Positions 32,115 to 41,800 of a stretch of 47,030 nt of DNA are shown piece after piece. The notes below the pieces were generated by a model. It had not been told where the DNA came from. It saw only the letters and a program-made list of their open reading frames with translations, and searched no databases. This DNA is from Leucothrix mucor (GTDB lineage Bacteria > Pseudomonadota > Gammaproteobacteria > Thiotrichales > Thiotrichaceae), in the NCBI GenBank assembly GCA_015663245.1, contig DQSN01000025.1, positions 1 to 47,030 of the forward strand. The letters are read 5' to 3'. Each line of letters starts with the position of its first letter. Position 1 is the first letter of the stretch. Position numbers and translations under genes: made by a program.

Positions 32115-32417
32115 ATGAAACACAAAATAATAATAACGAGCTGTATTTTCTTTGGATGTTACACATTAGGAGCATCGGAGATTCCCAACCAAGTCTCAGG
32201 ACAAAACACAAAACCTTCTCTGAATTTTTCCTTACCCCCACACAGCACTAGTAGTCATCAAAATATCGCGGCAAATACCAAAAACTCGCCGACATTAACA
32301 CTTACTAAAAGATCATCTAAATTAAATTTTTTGGTATTAAACTCAACAAAAAACTCTGAACTAAAAGCGGTTATTAAACGTAAAACTTATGGCTTACGTT
32401 ACACGAAAGTCTGGTAG
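32115..32417 (+). CDS. Hypothetical small secreted protein/lipoprotein (orphan)
   Basis: MKHKIIITSCIFFGCYTLGAS.. is signal-like with a possible Cys lipidation site. The remainder is low-complexity and S/T/N/K-rich, ending ..YGLRYTKVW. It lies on the opposite strand in the ffh-rpsP spacer. I recognise no homology. Confidence 0.3.
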   Translation: MKHKIIITSCIFFGCYTLGASEIPNQVSGQNTKPSLNFSLPPHSTSSHQNIAANTKNSPTLTLTKRSSKLNFLVLNSTKNSELKAVIKRKTYGLRYTKVW

Positions 32418-32488
32418 CCCAATAGCACCTACACCAACCCTAAAATATAAATATCTCAACACCTCCATTACAATTTACAGGGTTGACA

Positions 32489-33862
32489 CTACATCTTAGG
32501 GAGCCCGCCTCCCATTCCAGGGGGCATCTGCCCCTGCATACCGCGCATCATTTTTTTCAGACCGCCGCCTTTAAATTTCTTCATCATTTTACTCATCTGC
32601 TTATGCTGCTTCAAAATACGATTTACATCTTGAATCTGCATCCCGCAGCCTGCTGCTATACGCTTTTTACGTGAACCTTTGATGACATCTGGGAAGCGAC
32701 GTTCTTGGGGCGTCATAGAGTTAATAATCGCGACCATACGCGCAACTTCCTTATCCCCAGCTTTCTCTTTGATTTGTGCCGATAAGTTACCCATCCCTGG
32801 CATCTTCGCCATCAAACCACCCATGCCTCCCATTTTTTCCATTTGCAACATTTGTGTTCGTAAATCTTCCAGATCAAAACCATGACCTTTATTAAGCTTT
32901 TTAACTAATTTTTGAGCCTGCTTATGATCTACTTTTTTCTGTACTTCTTCAACCAGTGTTAATACATCACCCATACCCAAAATGCGCGACGCCATACGAT
33001 CAGGATGAAATGCTTCAAGGGCATCAATTTTTTCACCGACACCGACAAACTTAATCGGCTTTCCTGTGATGTAACGTACGGACAAAGCCGCCCCACCCCG
33101 TGCATCACCATCTGCTTTGGTCAATACCACACCTGTTAAAGGCAGAGCATCACCAAAGGCTTTTGCAGTATTAGCGGCATCTTGACCTGTCATACTATCA
33201 ACAACAAATAAAGTCTCTACAGGCGTGACGCTGGAGTGTATAGCCTGAATTTCCCCCATCATCGCCTCATCAATATGCAGGCGACCTGCGGTATCTACAA
33301 TCAATACATCCAGAAACTTAACCTTAGCTTGTTGTAACGCATTTTTTGCGATTTCTACAGGAGTCTGCCCAATATCACTGGCGATAAACTCAGCTCCCGC
33401 CTGACCTGCTACGGTTTCTAGCTGTTTAATAGCCGCCGGACGATAAACGTCACAACTCACCAAGCCAACTTTCTTCTTATCACGATCACCCAGTAACTTT
33501 GCTAGCTTGCCCGCAGTAGTCGTTTTACCTGCACCTTGTAAACCAGCCATCAAAATAACTGCGGGTGGTTGTGCCGCTAAGTCTAAAGATTCATTAGACT
33601 TACCCATAATTTCGGTTAGTTCTTCATCCACAACCTTTATTAAGGCTTGCCCTGGGGATAGGCTTTTTAATACCTCTGTTCCAACGGCTCGCGTTTTAAC
33701 ACGGCTAATAAACTCACGCACAACAGGTAAGGCAACATCCGCCTCAAGCAAAGCCATACGCACTTCACGCAAAGCTTCTTTAATATTGTCGTCTGTTAAA
33801 CGTGCTTGACCACGTAATTTTTTAACCGTAAGGGAGAGGCGATCACTAAGATTATCAAACAT
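32489..33862 (-). CDS. ffh: Signal recognition particle protein Ffh
   Basis: 457 aa. The NG domain (..GLQGAGKTTTAGKLA.., DTAGRL, TKADGDARGGAALS) and a Met-rich M domain are present. Confidence 0.95.
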   Translation of the reverse strand: MFDNLSDRLSLTVKKLRGQARLTDDNIKEALREVRMALLEADVALPVVREFISRVKTRAVGTEVLKSLSPGQALIKVVDEELTEIMGKSNESLDLAAQPPAVILMAGLQGAGKTTTAGKLAKLLGDRDKKKVGLVSCDVYRPAAIKQLETVAGQAGAEFIASDIGQTPVEIAKNALQQAKVKFLDVLIVDTAGRLHIDEAMMGEIQAIHSSVTPVETLFVVDSMTGQDAANTAKAFGDALPLTGVVLTKADGDARGGAALSVRYITGKPIKFVGVGEKIDALEAFHPDRMASRILGMGDVLTLVEEVQKKVDHKQAQKLVKKLNKGHGFDLEDLRTQMLQMEKMGGMGGLMAKMPGMGNLSAQIKEKAGDKEVARMVAIINSMTPQERRFPDVIKGSRKKRIAAGCGMQIQDVNRILKQHKQMSKMMKKFKGGGLKKMMRGMQGQMPPGMGGGLPKM

Positions 33863-34038
33863 AATTATCTACTATTATTATTTAGAAACACTCTGCTTTA
33901 ATTTGCTGAGTTTCTATTGAGAGGTATTTATACTGTGCAAGAAAAAATCACCATATAGTGACATGTTTATTCCTTGCTTGTGCCGAAGGTGGTACATTAT
34001 AACATCACAAAAATACATTGTCCTGCAAACTAACACTA

Positions 34039-34845
34039 ATGATAACAATCGCAACAATAGCCATTATTTTATATTTGATCAGCGGGAGCTTACTCGCCGT
34101 CAAACTGCGCTCGCATTTAAACAAATCAACAGCAATCAACAAACGTGTTTTTCTCTCTATTTGGGCAGTCGCCTTGCTCTTGCACGCTATTGTACTGTAC
34201 TACCCTCTGGTACTTGATGCAGGTCTCTCGATTGGCATGATAACCGCCGCATCTCATATTATCTGGCTCGCCAGCTTATTACTGCTTATTACTACTATTA
34301 CACACAACATTGAAGCACTCGGTCTCTTTATTCTCCCGTTAACTGCTTTCACACTGCTGCTACAGCAAACCATCACTCCAAATGCCGCAAATGTTATTCA
34401 AATAAACACTGGCTTAGGAATACATATTTTCAGCTCTCTAATAGCCTACAGTATGCTCATGCTTGCCTCTATACAGGCAGCTCTGTTAGCAGAACAGAAT
34501 AATCACCTACATAATCACAAACCAACAGGCTTTATCCGCACCTTACCCGCACTACAAGATATGGAAAGCCTACTGTTTCGCTTCATTAGCTTAGGTGTAC
34601 TTCTACTAACCATCGCACTTGTCACTGGGTTTATCTATTTGGATAATTTATTTGGTCAAGGCATTGCTCACAAAACTATTTTATCCATTATTGCATGGTT
34701 TATTTTTAGCACACTTTTAATTGGACACATCAAGTTTGGCTGGCGTGGACGCACAGCAATACGCTGGACACTTTCAGGATTTTTTGTATTGATGATTGCA
34801 TACTTCGGCTCGAAGCTTGTGCAACATTATCTAGCAGGTAGTTAA
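34039..34845 (+). CDS. ypjD: CcsA/YpjD-family inner-membrane protein (cytochrome c assembly-like)
   Basis: About 268 aa with 8 TM helices. It is divergent from ffh, as ypjD is in E. coli. The ATG at 34039 is preferred over the TTG at 34018 used by the track. Confidence 0.75.
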   Translation: MITIATIAIILYLISGSLLAVKLRSHLNKSTAINKRVFLSIWAVALLLHAIVLYYPLVLDAGLSIGMITAASHIIWLASLLLLITTITHNIEALGLFILPLTAFTLLLQQTITPNAANVIQINTGLGIHIFSSLIAYSMLMLASIQAALLAEQNNHLHNHKPTGFIRTLPALQDMESLLFRFISLGVLLLTIALVTGFIYLDNLFGQGIAHKTILSIIAWFIFSTLLIGHIKFGWRGRTAIRWTLSGFFVLMIAYFGSKLVQHYLAGS

Positions 34846-34849
34846 TAAG

Positions 34850-36151
34850 GTGGATCTCGCCACAACCCCTCTCTGGGTACTGTTTATTGTACTAATCGCC
34901 CTATTTTTTCTCTCCGCCTTCTTCTCTGGTTCTGAGACAGCATTAATGGCTCTCAACCGCTACAAGCTGAAACACCTCGCAAAGAAAAATAGTGGTGCAT
35001 ACAAAGCACAAAAGCTTCTACAACAACCTGATCGGCTCATTGGTTTAATTTTACTGGGCAATAACTTAGTTAATATTATCATCATCCAAATCGCTACTTT
35101 CATTGGCTTCAAAATAGGTGGTAGCTCAGGCGTGGCTATTGCCACCGCCATTCTTACCCTAGCCTTACTTATTTTTGCCGAAGTAACACCCAAAACCATT
35201 GCTGCCTTGCGTGCAGAAAAAATTGCATTCCCCGCAGCAATTATCTTCACTCCCTTGCTAAAAATTGCATTCCCCATTGTCTGGCTAATTAACATCGCCT
35301 CCAATTTTTTTGTACGTTTCTTTGGTGCAGACCCAAGTAAAAACATAGAAACATCACTTAACAGAGAAGAACTAAAAACAATCGTTAGCGACTCCAGTTC
35401 TAGTTTCAAAAACAATCATAAAAATATGCTAATTAGCGTATTAGATCTTGAGTCGACAACGGTCGAAGACATTATGGTTCCCCGCGCAGACATTGTTGGC
35501 ATTGATCTAAATGATGATTGGAATGATGTAGAAGAACAAATACTGCGTAGCACCTTCACCCGCCTACTCGTTTACAAAGAGCGATTAGACCAAGCCGAAG
35601 GTATTGTTCACTTACGCAAGCTCATCCCCTATATCCATGAAAATAGGCTCACCCGTGAGACCCTCATAAAAACGATGGTTCCCACTTATTTCACACCTAA
35701 CGCCACGCCACTTACAACGCAACTACTCAACTTTCAAAATGAAAAAAAACGCGTCGCCATTGTGGTTGATGAATACGGCGAGATTCTAGGAATGGTGACA
35801 CTAGAAGACTTACTAGAAGAGATTGTGCAAGAATTTTCAGGCAGTATCGATCCACTTGAAATAAAAGAAATGAACAAAGACACCTACTGGCTTGATGGTG
35901 GTATGCACATACGCGATGTAAACCGTCGCTTAAATATACAACTCCCCACAGAAGGACCCAAAACATTAAACGGGCTGATTCTAGAAAAACTAGAATCGAT
36001 ACCCACCATTGGAACAACCACCCTTATTAATGGCTACCCGCTAGAAATACGTAAAGTTCAGAATAACGCAGTCAAGAACCTTGTTCTTCACCCCCTTGTC
36101 GTATTTGATGAAAATAACGATAGCGAGAGTAATGAACAAGCTGGCAACTGA
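34850..36151 (+). CDS. CNNM/HlyC-CorC family transporter (DUF21 - CBS pair - CorC_HlyC)
   Basis: 433 aa with a GTG start. The DUF21 membrane N-terminus (..SGSETALMALNRYKL..), a CBS region (..VEDIMVPR..) and a CorC C-terminus are present. It follows ypjD, as yfjD does in E. coli. Confidence 0.88.
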   Translation: MDLATTPLWVLFIVLIALFFLSAFFSGSETALMALNRYKLKHLAKKNSGAYKAQKLLQQPDRLIGLILLGNNLVNIIIIQIATFIGFKIGGSSGVAIATAILTLALLIFAEVTPKTIAALRAEKIAFPAAIIFTPLLKIAFPIVWLINIASNFFVRFFGADPSKNIETSLNREELKTIVSDSSSSFKNNHKNMLISVLDLESTTVEDIMVPRADIVGIDLNDDWNDVEEQILRSTFTRLLVYKERLDQAEGIVHLRKLIPYIHENRLTRETLIKTMVPTYFTPNATPLTTQLLNFQNEKKRVAIVVDEYGEILGMVTLEDLLEEIVQEFSGSIDPLEIKEMNKDTYWLDGGMHIRDVNRRLNIQLPTEGPKTLNGLILEKLESIPTIGTTTLINGYPLEIRKVQNNAVKNLVLHPLVVFDENNDSESNEQAGN

Positions 36152-36265
36152 AAACAATATTTTCAATCACTTGCCAGCTTAATGCCTCCAGCCCGTAACT
36201 CCTCAAGCACAAAAAAACACCCTGCGTTATACTGGCAATATTTCTATTTCTCAGGCTTTCTATCC

Positions 36266-37642
36266 ATGGCAAAAATAAAACTCGAATACGTTTGCAATAG
36301 TTGCGGTTCTATCCACAATAAATGGAATGGTCAATGTGGCGAATGCAAGGAGTGGAATACCTTAGAAGAAACGGTTGCTGCTGGCAAAACAACAGCAACT
36401 GCTAACACCGCTCGCTTTGAGGGTTACGCAGGAGACAGGGCGAGCAAAATACAGTCTATTAAAGACATAAGCATTACAGAGAATGCGCGTACAACAACTA
36501 ATATGCCTGAACTAGACCGCGTACTAGGTGGTGGTTTGGTGCAAGGCTCAGTGACTTTAATTGGTGGCGACCCTGGTATTGGTAAGTCCACTATACTGAT
36601 TCAAGCGCTGGCTAATTTTGATAATTTACGCACACTTTATGTCACAGGTGAGGAGTCTTTACAGCAGGTTTCGTTACGCGCACAACGACTTGAGCTACCT
36701 TTAGACAATCTACGCTTACTCACCGAAACCTGTATCGAACGCATTATCGCGCATGCGAAAATAGAAAAACCACAGGTGATGGTGATTGACTCTATCCAGA
36801 CCATTTATACAGAATTGCTCACTTCCGCACCAGGAGCTGTCGGACAAATTCGCGAGGCAACCGCCCTCCTAACTCGATTTGCAAAGCTCACTGGCACATC
36901 CATATTTATCGCAGGTCATGTAACTAAAGAAGGTACTTTAGCAGGACCACGTGTTTTAGAGCATATGGTCGACACCGTACTGTATTTTGAGGGCGACCCT
37001 GGTAGCCGCCACCGTATTTTACGTGCCGTAAAAAATCGCTTCGGTGCAGTCAATGAAATTGGCGTGTTTGCAATGACAGAAAAAGGGTTAGTCGGTATCA
37101 GCAATCCTTCTGCTATATTCCTTTCTCGCCACGAAGAATCAGTGGCAGGCAGTGTAATTATGGTGACAAGAGAAGGTACGCGCCCTCTACTGGTTGAGAT
37201 ACAAGCTTTGGTTGATGAGAGCCACGGTAATCCTAGACGGGTTGTTTTAGGTTTAGAACAAAACCGCTTGGCAATGCTGTTAGCGGTATTGCATCGTCAT
37301 GGCGGTATTTCCATGTTCGATCAAGACGTATTTGCCAATGTGGTAGGAGGTGTCAAAATAACCGAAACAGGTGCTGATTTACCCCTGCTTATTGCCGCTC
37401 TTTCCAGCTTTCGCAATCAAGCACATCCATCCGATATGATTGTATTTGGCGAGGTGGGTTTAGCAGGTGAGATACGCCCTGTACCAAATGGTGAGGAACG
37501 CTTAAAAGAAGCCTGTAAACATGGCTTTAAGCGCGCCATTATCCCCTATGGCAATATGCCCCGAGGAAAAATAAGCCACAATGGCAATACCATCGAACTG
37601 ATGCCAGCGAAGCGGCTGGAAAATGCTTTGGAGTATCTATAA
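36266..37642 (+). CDS. radA: DNA repair protein RadA
   Basis: The N-terminus MAKIKLEYVCNSCGSIHNKWNGQCGECKEWNT carries a C4 zinc finger. Walker A GGDPGIGKST, KNRFG and a Lon-like C-terminus are present. The 28 upstream codons in the track ORF overlap the preceding gene's end and were dropped. Confidence 0.95.
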   Translation: MAKIKLEYVCNSCGSIHNKWNGQCGECKEWNTLEETVAAGKTTATANTARFEGYAGDRASKIQSIKDISITENARTTTNMPELDRVLGGGLVQGSVTLIGGDPGIGKSTILIQALANFDNLRTLYVTGEESLQQVSLRAQRLELPLDNLRLLTETCIERIIAHAKIEKPQVMVIDSIQTIYTELLTSAPGAVGQIREATALLTRFAKLTGTSIFIAGHVTKEGTLAGPRVLEHMVDTVLYFEGDPGSRHRILRAVKNRFGAVNEIGVFAMTEKGLVGISNPSAIFLSRHEESVAGSVIMVTREGTRPLLVEIQALVDESHGNPRRVVLGLEQNRLAMLLAVLHRHGGISMFDQDVFANVVGGVKITETGADLPLLIAALSSFRNQAHPSDMIVFGEVGLAGEIRPVPNGEERLKEACKHGFKRAIIPYGNMPRGKISHNGNTIELMPAKRLENALEYL

Positions 37643-37709
37643 AGTTTTAAAAATTAAAAAATATCAATAAAACACAGCCTTGACAGGGACAATAACCCCA
37701 AACTCCAAA

Positions 37710-37744
37710 CCAATAACCAATAACCAATAACCAATAACCAATAA
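37710..37744. repeat. Heptanucleotide tandem repeat (CCAATAA)x5
   Basis: Five perfect head-to-tail copies end 17 nt before the glnD ATG. A consensus-like TTGACA hexamer lies at 37680-37685. Confidence 0.95.
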
Positions 37745-37761
37745 TAGCCAGCAATCAATTT

Positions 37762-40347
37762 ATGAATCTAAAACAAATCCTTATCGAAAACTCTGCGCAG
37801 TTACAACAAGACTTCGAGAATAATACCGACATCAACCAACTACTCATTAAACGTAGTAACTTAATTGATAAATTACTGGTTGAATTATGGGTTAAAAACA
37901 AACTAGATAATAAAGACATTGCATCACTGGTTGCAGTGGGTGGCTATGGTCGTCAAGAGATGCACCCTGCTTCGGATATTGATCTTTTATTGTTATTAAA
38001 TAACGAGCCAAACGAAGAAGAGCAGGAGCTGCTATCAAACTTCATTACCCTATTATGGGATCTTGGTTTAGAGGTGGGTCATAGTGTACGCACACTTGAA
38101 GAATGCTCTAGCGAAGCCAAAAAAGACCTAACTATCATTACCAACTTAATGGAATCCCGTTTTCTTAGCGGCAATGCCGAGCTATTTCATCGTCTACAAC
38201 AGCAGGTTACACCTGATACACTTTGGTCTAGTAGTGATTTTTTCACCGCCAAAATAGAGGAAAAAAAGAGGCGCTACAAACATTATGGTGATTCCGCCTA
38301 CCGCGTTGAACCCAACTTAAAAGAAGGCCCTGGTGGATTGCGGGATATTCAAATGATCAACTGGGTTATTCAACGCGAGTACGGTACAAACTCGCTCTCC
38401 ATCCTAGTAAAGAAGGATATTATTAGTCAAGACGAATTAAATACACTCACAGAAGGTCATGATTTTTTATGGAAAGTACGGTTTGTACTCCATCAACTAG
38501 CGGGGCGCAAAGAAGATCGTCTGCTGTTTAATCACCAGCGCCCTCTCGCGCATCAATTTGGCTTTACTAATGATGAGAATAACGAATGTATTGAAGAATT
38601 TATGCAACAATACTATCGTACAATTACCTCACTTGAGCGTATCGCCGAGGTAGTTTTAGGTATATTGAGAGAAAGTATATTAAATACATCTTCTCTGCCG
38701 TCAATAGCGGTCAATAGACATTTTGCTAATCACAACGGTTATCTAAGCCTTATCGAAAAAGATGTTTTTCAAAAGCACCCTCATACTCTATTGGGTGCTT
38801 TTTTAATGCTACAAATTACACCCGACATGAAGGGTATGTCGCCCAATACGATCCGCGCTATTCGTGATAATTTACAGCTAATAGACCAAGACTTTCGCGA
38901 CAATGATCATCATAAGCAGTTGTTTATGAGTATCATGTCTGAATCTCAAGGTATCACCTTTGTACTGCGTCGTATGAACCGTTATGGCGTATTAGCCGCC
39001 TACATTCCTGCATTCGCTAATATTGTCGGACGCATGCAATATGATTTATTTCATGCCTACACAGTCGACGAACACACCTTAAAAGTTATCCGTAATGTAC
39101 GCCGCTTGAGCACCCCCGAAGGCGCTAAAGAACTCCCCTTTTGCAGTCAGATTTTTAAAACATTACCCACACCAAAAATTCTTTATCTTGCCGCCCTCTT
39201 CCATGATATTGCTAAAGGTCGCGGCGGGTCTCACTCAGAGAAAGGTGCTGTTGATGCTCTAGAGTTCTGTCGCTCTCATGGTATGAGTACTTATGCCTCT
39301 AATACCGTTAGTTGGCTAGTAAAACAGCACTTAGAGATGAGCTCCATCGCACAACGAAAAGACACTACTGATCCTGATGTTATCCAAGCCTTTGCCGACT
39401 TAGTCTCTATTCCAGTACGCTTAGACTACCTCTACTTACTGACTATTTGTGATATTCGTGGCACAAACCCAACGCTACTAAATAGCTGGCGACACACCTT
39501 ATTAAAAGATCTTTATACCAGTACTCGCCGTCATTTACTTAGCAATAGCTCAGTCACCAATACCAGCGAAGAAATTCTTAGAGAAAAGAAAGAATCCGTG
39601 TTACAGCAATTATCACTTTTCAAAATTAGTAGCAACGATTGCGAAGCATTATGGAACCGTTTTAATGATGACTATATTCTGCAAACACCCATTAATATGT
39701 TGCTATGGCATGTCACACAGATCATCCCTAGAAAGGATCAAACCATTATTTCTGTACAACAAGACAGTAATAATAATAGCAGTACTTTATTATTAATTTA
39801 TGCTAAAAGTTGTGATGATTTTTTTGTACGTATTAGTGCTGCTATCGAGCAATTATGTTTAAGTATTGTAGCGGCAAGAATTTACTCTACTCTTGATGAT
39901 ACCTACGCCCTAGACACCCTGCACCTACTCAATTCTGACGGAAAAACTATCACCAATGCAGATGATATTGCACATATCATAAAAGCCGTTAAAAAGAGTT
40001 TAGATAACCCAGAATTCACACTAAATACCCAGCACTATCGCACACCCCGACAACTCAAATATTTCAACACTCCAACGCGCATTCATTTTTCTCAAAATAT
40101 CAATAAACAGCAAACCGTCATCACAATCAATACCGCTGACTCACCTGGTTTACTCAGCCGTATTAGTCAGGTTTTCTATGAACAAGGGCTACACATTCAT
40201 AGTGCAAGAATTAGCACTCTAGGTGAGCAAGCTGAGGATATATTCCACGTTACCCTAAAGAACTGCACATTACTTGATAACCCAGAGCAGCAAAAACAGG
40301 TTGAGCTAGCTTTGCAGGAACACTTAAAAGGAGAGAGTGAAGAATAA
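37762..40347 (+). CDS. glnD: [Protein-PII] uridylyltransferase / uridylyl-removing enzyme
   Basis: 861 aa. The nucleotidyltransferase motif (..GGYGRQEMHPASDIDLLLL..), an HD domain (..LFHDIAKGRGG..) and two C-terminal ACT-like domains are present. Confidence 0.93.
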   Translation: MNLKQILIENSAQLQQDFENNTDINQLLIKRSNLIDKLLVELWVKNKLDNKDIASLVAVGGYGRQEMHPASDIDLLLLLNNEPNEEEQELLSNFITLLWDLGLEVGHSVRTLEECSSEAKKDLTIITNLMESRFLSGNAELFHRLQQQVTPDTLWSSSDFFTAKIEEKKRRYKHYGDSAYRVEPNLKEGPGGLRDIQMINWVIQREYGTNSLSILVKKDIISQDELNTLTEGHDFLWKVRFVLHQLAGRKEDRLLFNHQRPLAHQFGFTNDENNECIEEFMQQYYRTITSLERIAEVVLGILRESILNTSSLPSIAVNRHFANHNGYLSLIEKDVFQKHPHTLLGAFLMLQITPDMKGMSPNTIRAIRDNLQLIDQDFRDNDHHKQLFMSIMSESQGITFVLRRMNRYGVLAAYIPAFANIVGRMQYDLFHAYTVDEHTLKVIRNVRRLSTPEGAKELPFCSQIFKTLPTPKILYLAALFHDIAKGRGGSHSEKGAVDALEFCRSHGMSTYASNTVSWLVKQHLEMSSIAQRKDTTDPDVIQAFADLVSIPVRLDYLYLLTICDIRGTNPTLLNSWRHTLLKDLYTSTRRHLLSNSSVTNTSEEILREKKESVLQQLSLFKISSNDCEALWNRFNDDYILQTPINMLLWHVTQIIPRKDQTIISVQQDSNNNSSTLLLIYAKSCDDFFVRISAAIEQLCLSIVAARIYSTLDDTYALDTLHLLNSDGKTITNADDIAHIIKAVKKSLDNPEFTLNTQHYRTPRQLKYFNTPTRIHFSQNINKQQTVITINTADSPGLLSRISQVFYEQGLHIHSARISTLGEQAEDIFHVTLKNCTLLDNPEQQKQVELALQEHLKGESEE

Positions 40348-40374
40348 TTATTCTGTTCACTAATATCGGTGATA

Positions 40375-40965
40375 CTATATTTTTTCCCACTGTAAAATAC
40401 GGTTATTTGCGGGCATCTCAAAATCCTCTATTAGTATTAAACCAACATTTGAAGCTAACTCATTCACGACTTCAAAATCTCTGATACCACTATTGATGTC
40501 GCGGTTTTTTAACCAAGCATCAAAGTGCTCATTACTATCACTGGTATATTTTCCATGATAGTTAAAAGGGCCATAGACGATTAGCAGCCCCCCTTTAGAA
40601 AGTAATTTCCCAGCATTTTCAACTAAATCAATAACACTTTTCCAAGACATAATATGTAGTGTATTCGCGGAAAAAATGGCATCTACTTTAATTTTTGGCC
40701 ATGTATCCTTGCTTACATCCAAGCTAAGGGGGAATAAGATATTCTTTGACTCAGACTCATTTATCCATTCGTGAATACCAGCATGATTTTCAAATCTATC
40801 ACTTGTATGCCAGACTAAATGAGGCATTTCTTTTGCAAAAAATATCGCGTGTTGACCTGTTCCACTTCCTATTTCTAACACGTCGCTTTTACCAAGCAAT
40901 AATGGTTTGATAACATTGAGAATAACATTGCGATTTTGATCACAAGATTCAGCATAGGGTTTCAT
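40375..40965 (-). CDS. DUF938-family class I SAM-dependent methyltransferase
   Basis: 196 aa. It carries the SAM-binding motif LEIGSGTGQHAIFFA and has a typical DUF938 length and N-terminus (..AESCDQNRNVIL..). Confidence 0.8.
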   Translation of the reverse strand: MKPYAESCDQNRNVILNVIKPLLLGKSDVLEIGSGTGQHAIFFAKEMPHLVWHTSDRFENHAGIHEWINESESKNILFPLSLDVSKDTWPKIKVDAIFSANTLHIMSWKSVIDLVENAGKLLSKGGLLIVYGPFNYHGKYTSDSNEHFDAWLKNRDINSGIRDFEVVNELASNVGLILIEDFEMPANNRILQWEKI

Positions 40966-41019
40966 CTATTTTCCTTATTAAGGGGGATTTCACTTATCGA
41001 CAGGTTCACAGCAAAGCAC

Positions 41020-41065
41020 ATAAACTGGTAAAATGCTTCTTTAGTAAAGCATTTTACCAGTTTAT
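41020..41065. repeat. Perfect 19-bp inverted repeat (hairpin)
   Basis: ataaactggtaaaatgctt (41020-38) pairs with aagcattttaccagtttat (41047-65) around an 8-nt loop. It is immediately followed by a second hairpin, aaataattac/gtaattattt (41066-75 / 41091-100). Confidence 0.85.
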
Positions 41066-41113
41066 AAATAATTACCACTTAGATTAAATAGTAATTATTT
41101 CATTTAAGAAACC

Positions 41114-41308
41114 TTATGCGAAAGAGCCTTGTAGCTCCTCAACTTTAAACGTTCTCAAAATATGCGTAAATGCTCTATTGTTTGCCGCTGCAACAACAGC
41201 ATCAAAAATACCTTGGTCACTAAACCCTGCATCACGCACTTTCTCTAAATCTTCCTGCGTAACGCTTTCAGGGTTATCACAAGATGCTAGCGCTATCTTT
41301 AAAAGCAC
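41114..41308 (-). pseudogene. C-terminal remnant of a carboxymuconolactone decarboxylase (AhpD-like) family gene
   Basis: Only 64 codons remain (..LKIALASCDNPESVTQEDLEKVRDAGFSDQGIFDAVVAAANNRAFT..). This resembles the last third of roughly 180-aa CMD/peroxidase-related proteins, and no upstream continuation exists. Confidence 0.55.
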
Positions 41309-41470
41309 CTTGCAAATGGATTTTTTAGCTCAACAGGAATACCACAGCTTACATTTACAGCTGGAGTAGTTATCCCAATTATCCTCATGCTAATCGCTAT
41401 CTATAGCTACAAACCACTAAAGCAAGCGTTAGAAACGATGAAGACATAAACTTTCTTACGTCTTCAACTT

Positions 41471-41800
41471 ATGCGGAGTGTTTTTGGTGTGATGTTTTTC
41501 TTTACCGCCTCCCTACCATTATGGTTTCAACTGGTGGGTGGATTAGGTGATATTGCCGCAGGTATTGGTGCCTTTTTTGCGCTAAAGTATTTCGGAAGTA
41601 ACTCCAACAAAGAACATCGAGCTATTATATTTGGAAATCTGATCGGAATTTTAGATTTTATTGTAGTCATAAATTTTGGTGTATTCGTGGTGTTAAAAGA
41701 CCAATCTCCTGACATCATGTTTGACTTAGTTCCACTCTATGTGGTGCCTCTGTTTATTCTGCTTCATATGTTTTCTCTACTAAAACTAAAAAGGATTTAA
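41471..41800 (+). CDS. Hypothetical membrane protein (possibly a fragment)
   Basis: 109 aa with 3-4 hydrophobic helices. The same frame is open from 41303 to a single TAA at 41447-49 (..GVVIPIILMLIAIYSYKPLKQALETMKT*). It may therefore be the distal part of a disrupted longer gene. Confidence 0.45.
   Translation: MRSVFGVMFFFTASLPLWFQLVGGLGDIAAGIGAFFALKYFGSNSNKEHRAIIFGNLIGILDFIVVINFGVFVVLKDQSPDIMFDLVPLYVVPLFILLHMFSLLKLKRI

Noticed and set aside
33963-34217. 84-aa + strand ORF overlapping the start of the ypjD-like gene, and the 77-aa minus ORF at 42871-43104 overlapping the hemF start.
   Set aside because: They are alternative-frame or antisense overlaps of well-supported genes, with implausible, unrecognisable translations.
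37680-37761. The CCAATAA tract as a CRISPR-like array.
   Set aside because: The units are 7 nt long, contiguous and without spacers. It is a microsatellite, not a CRISPR array.
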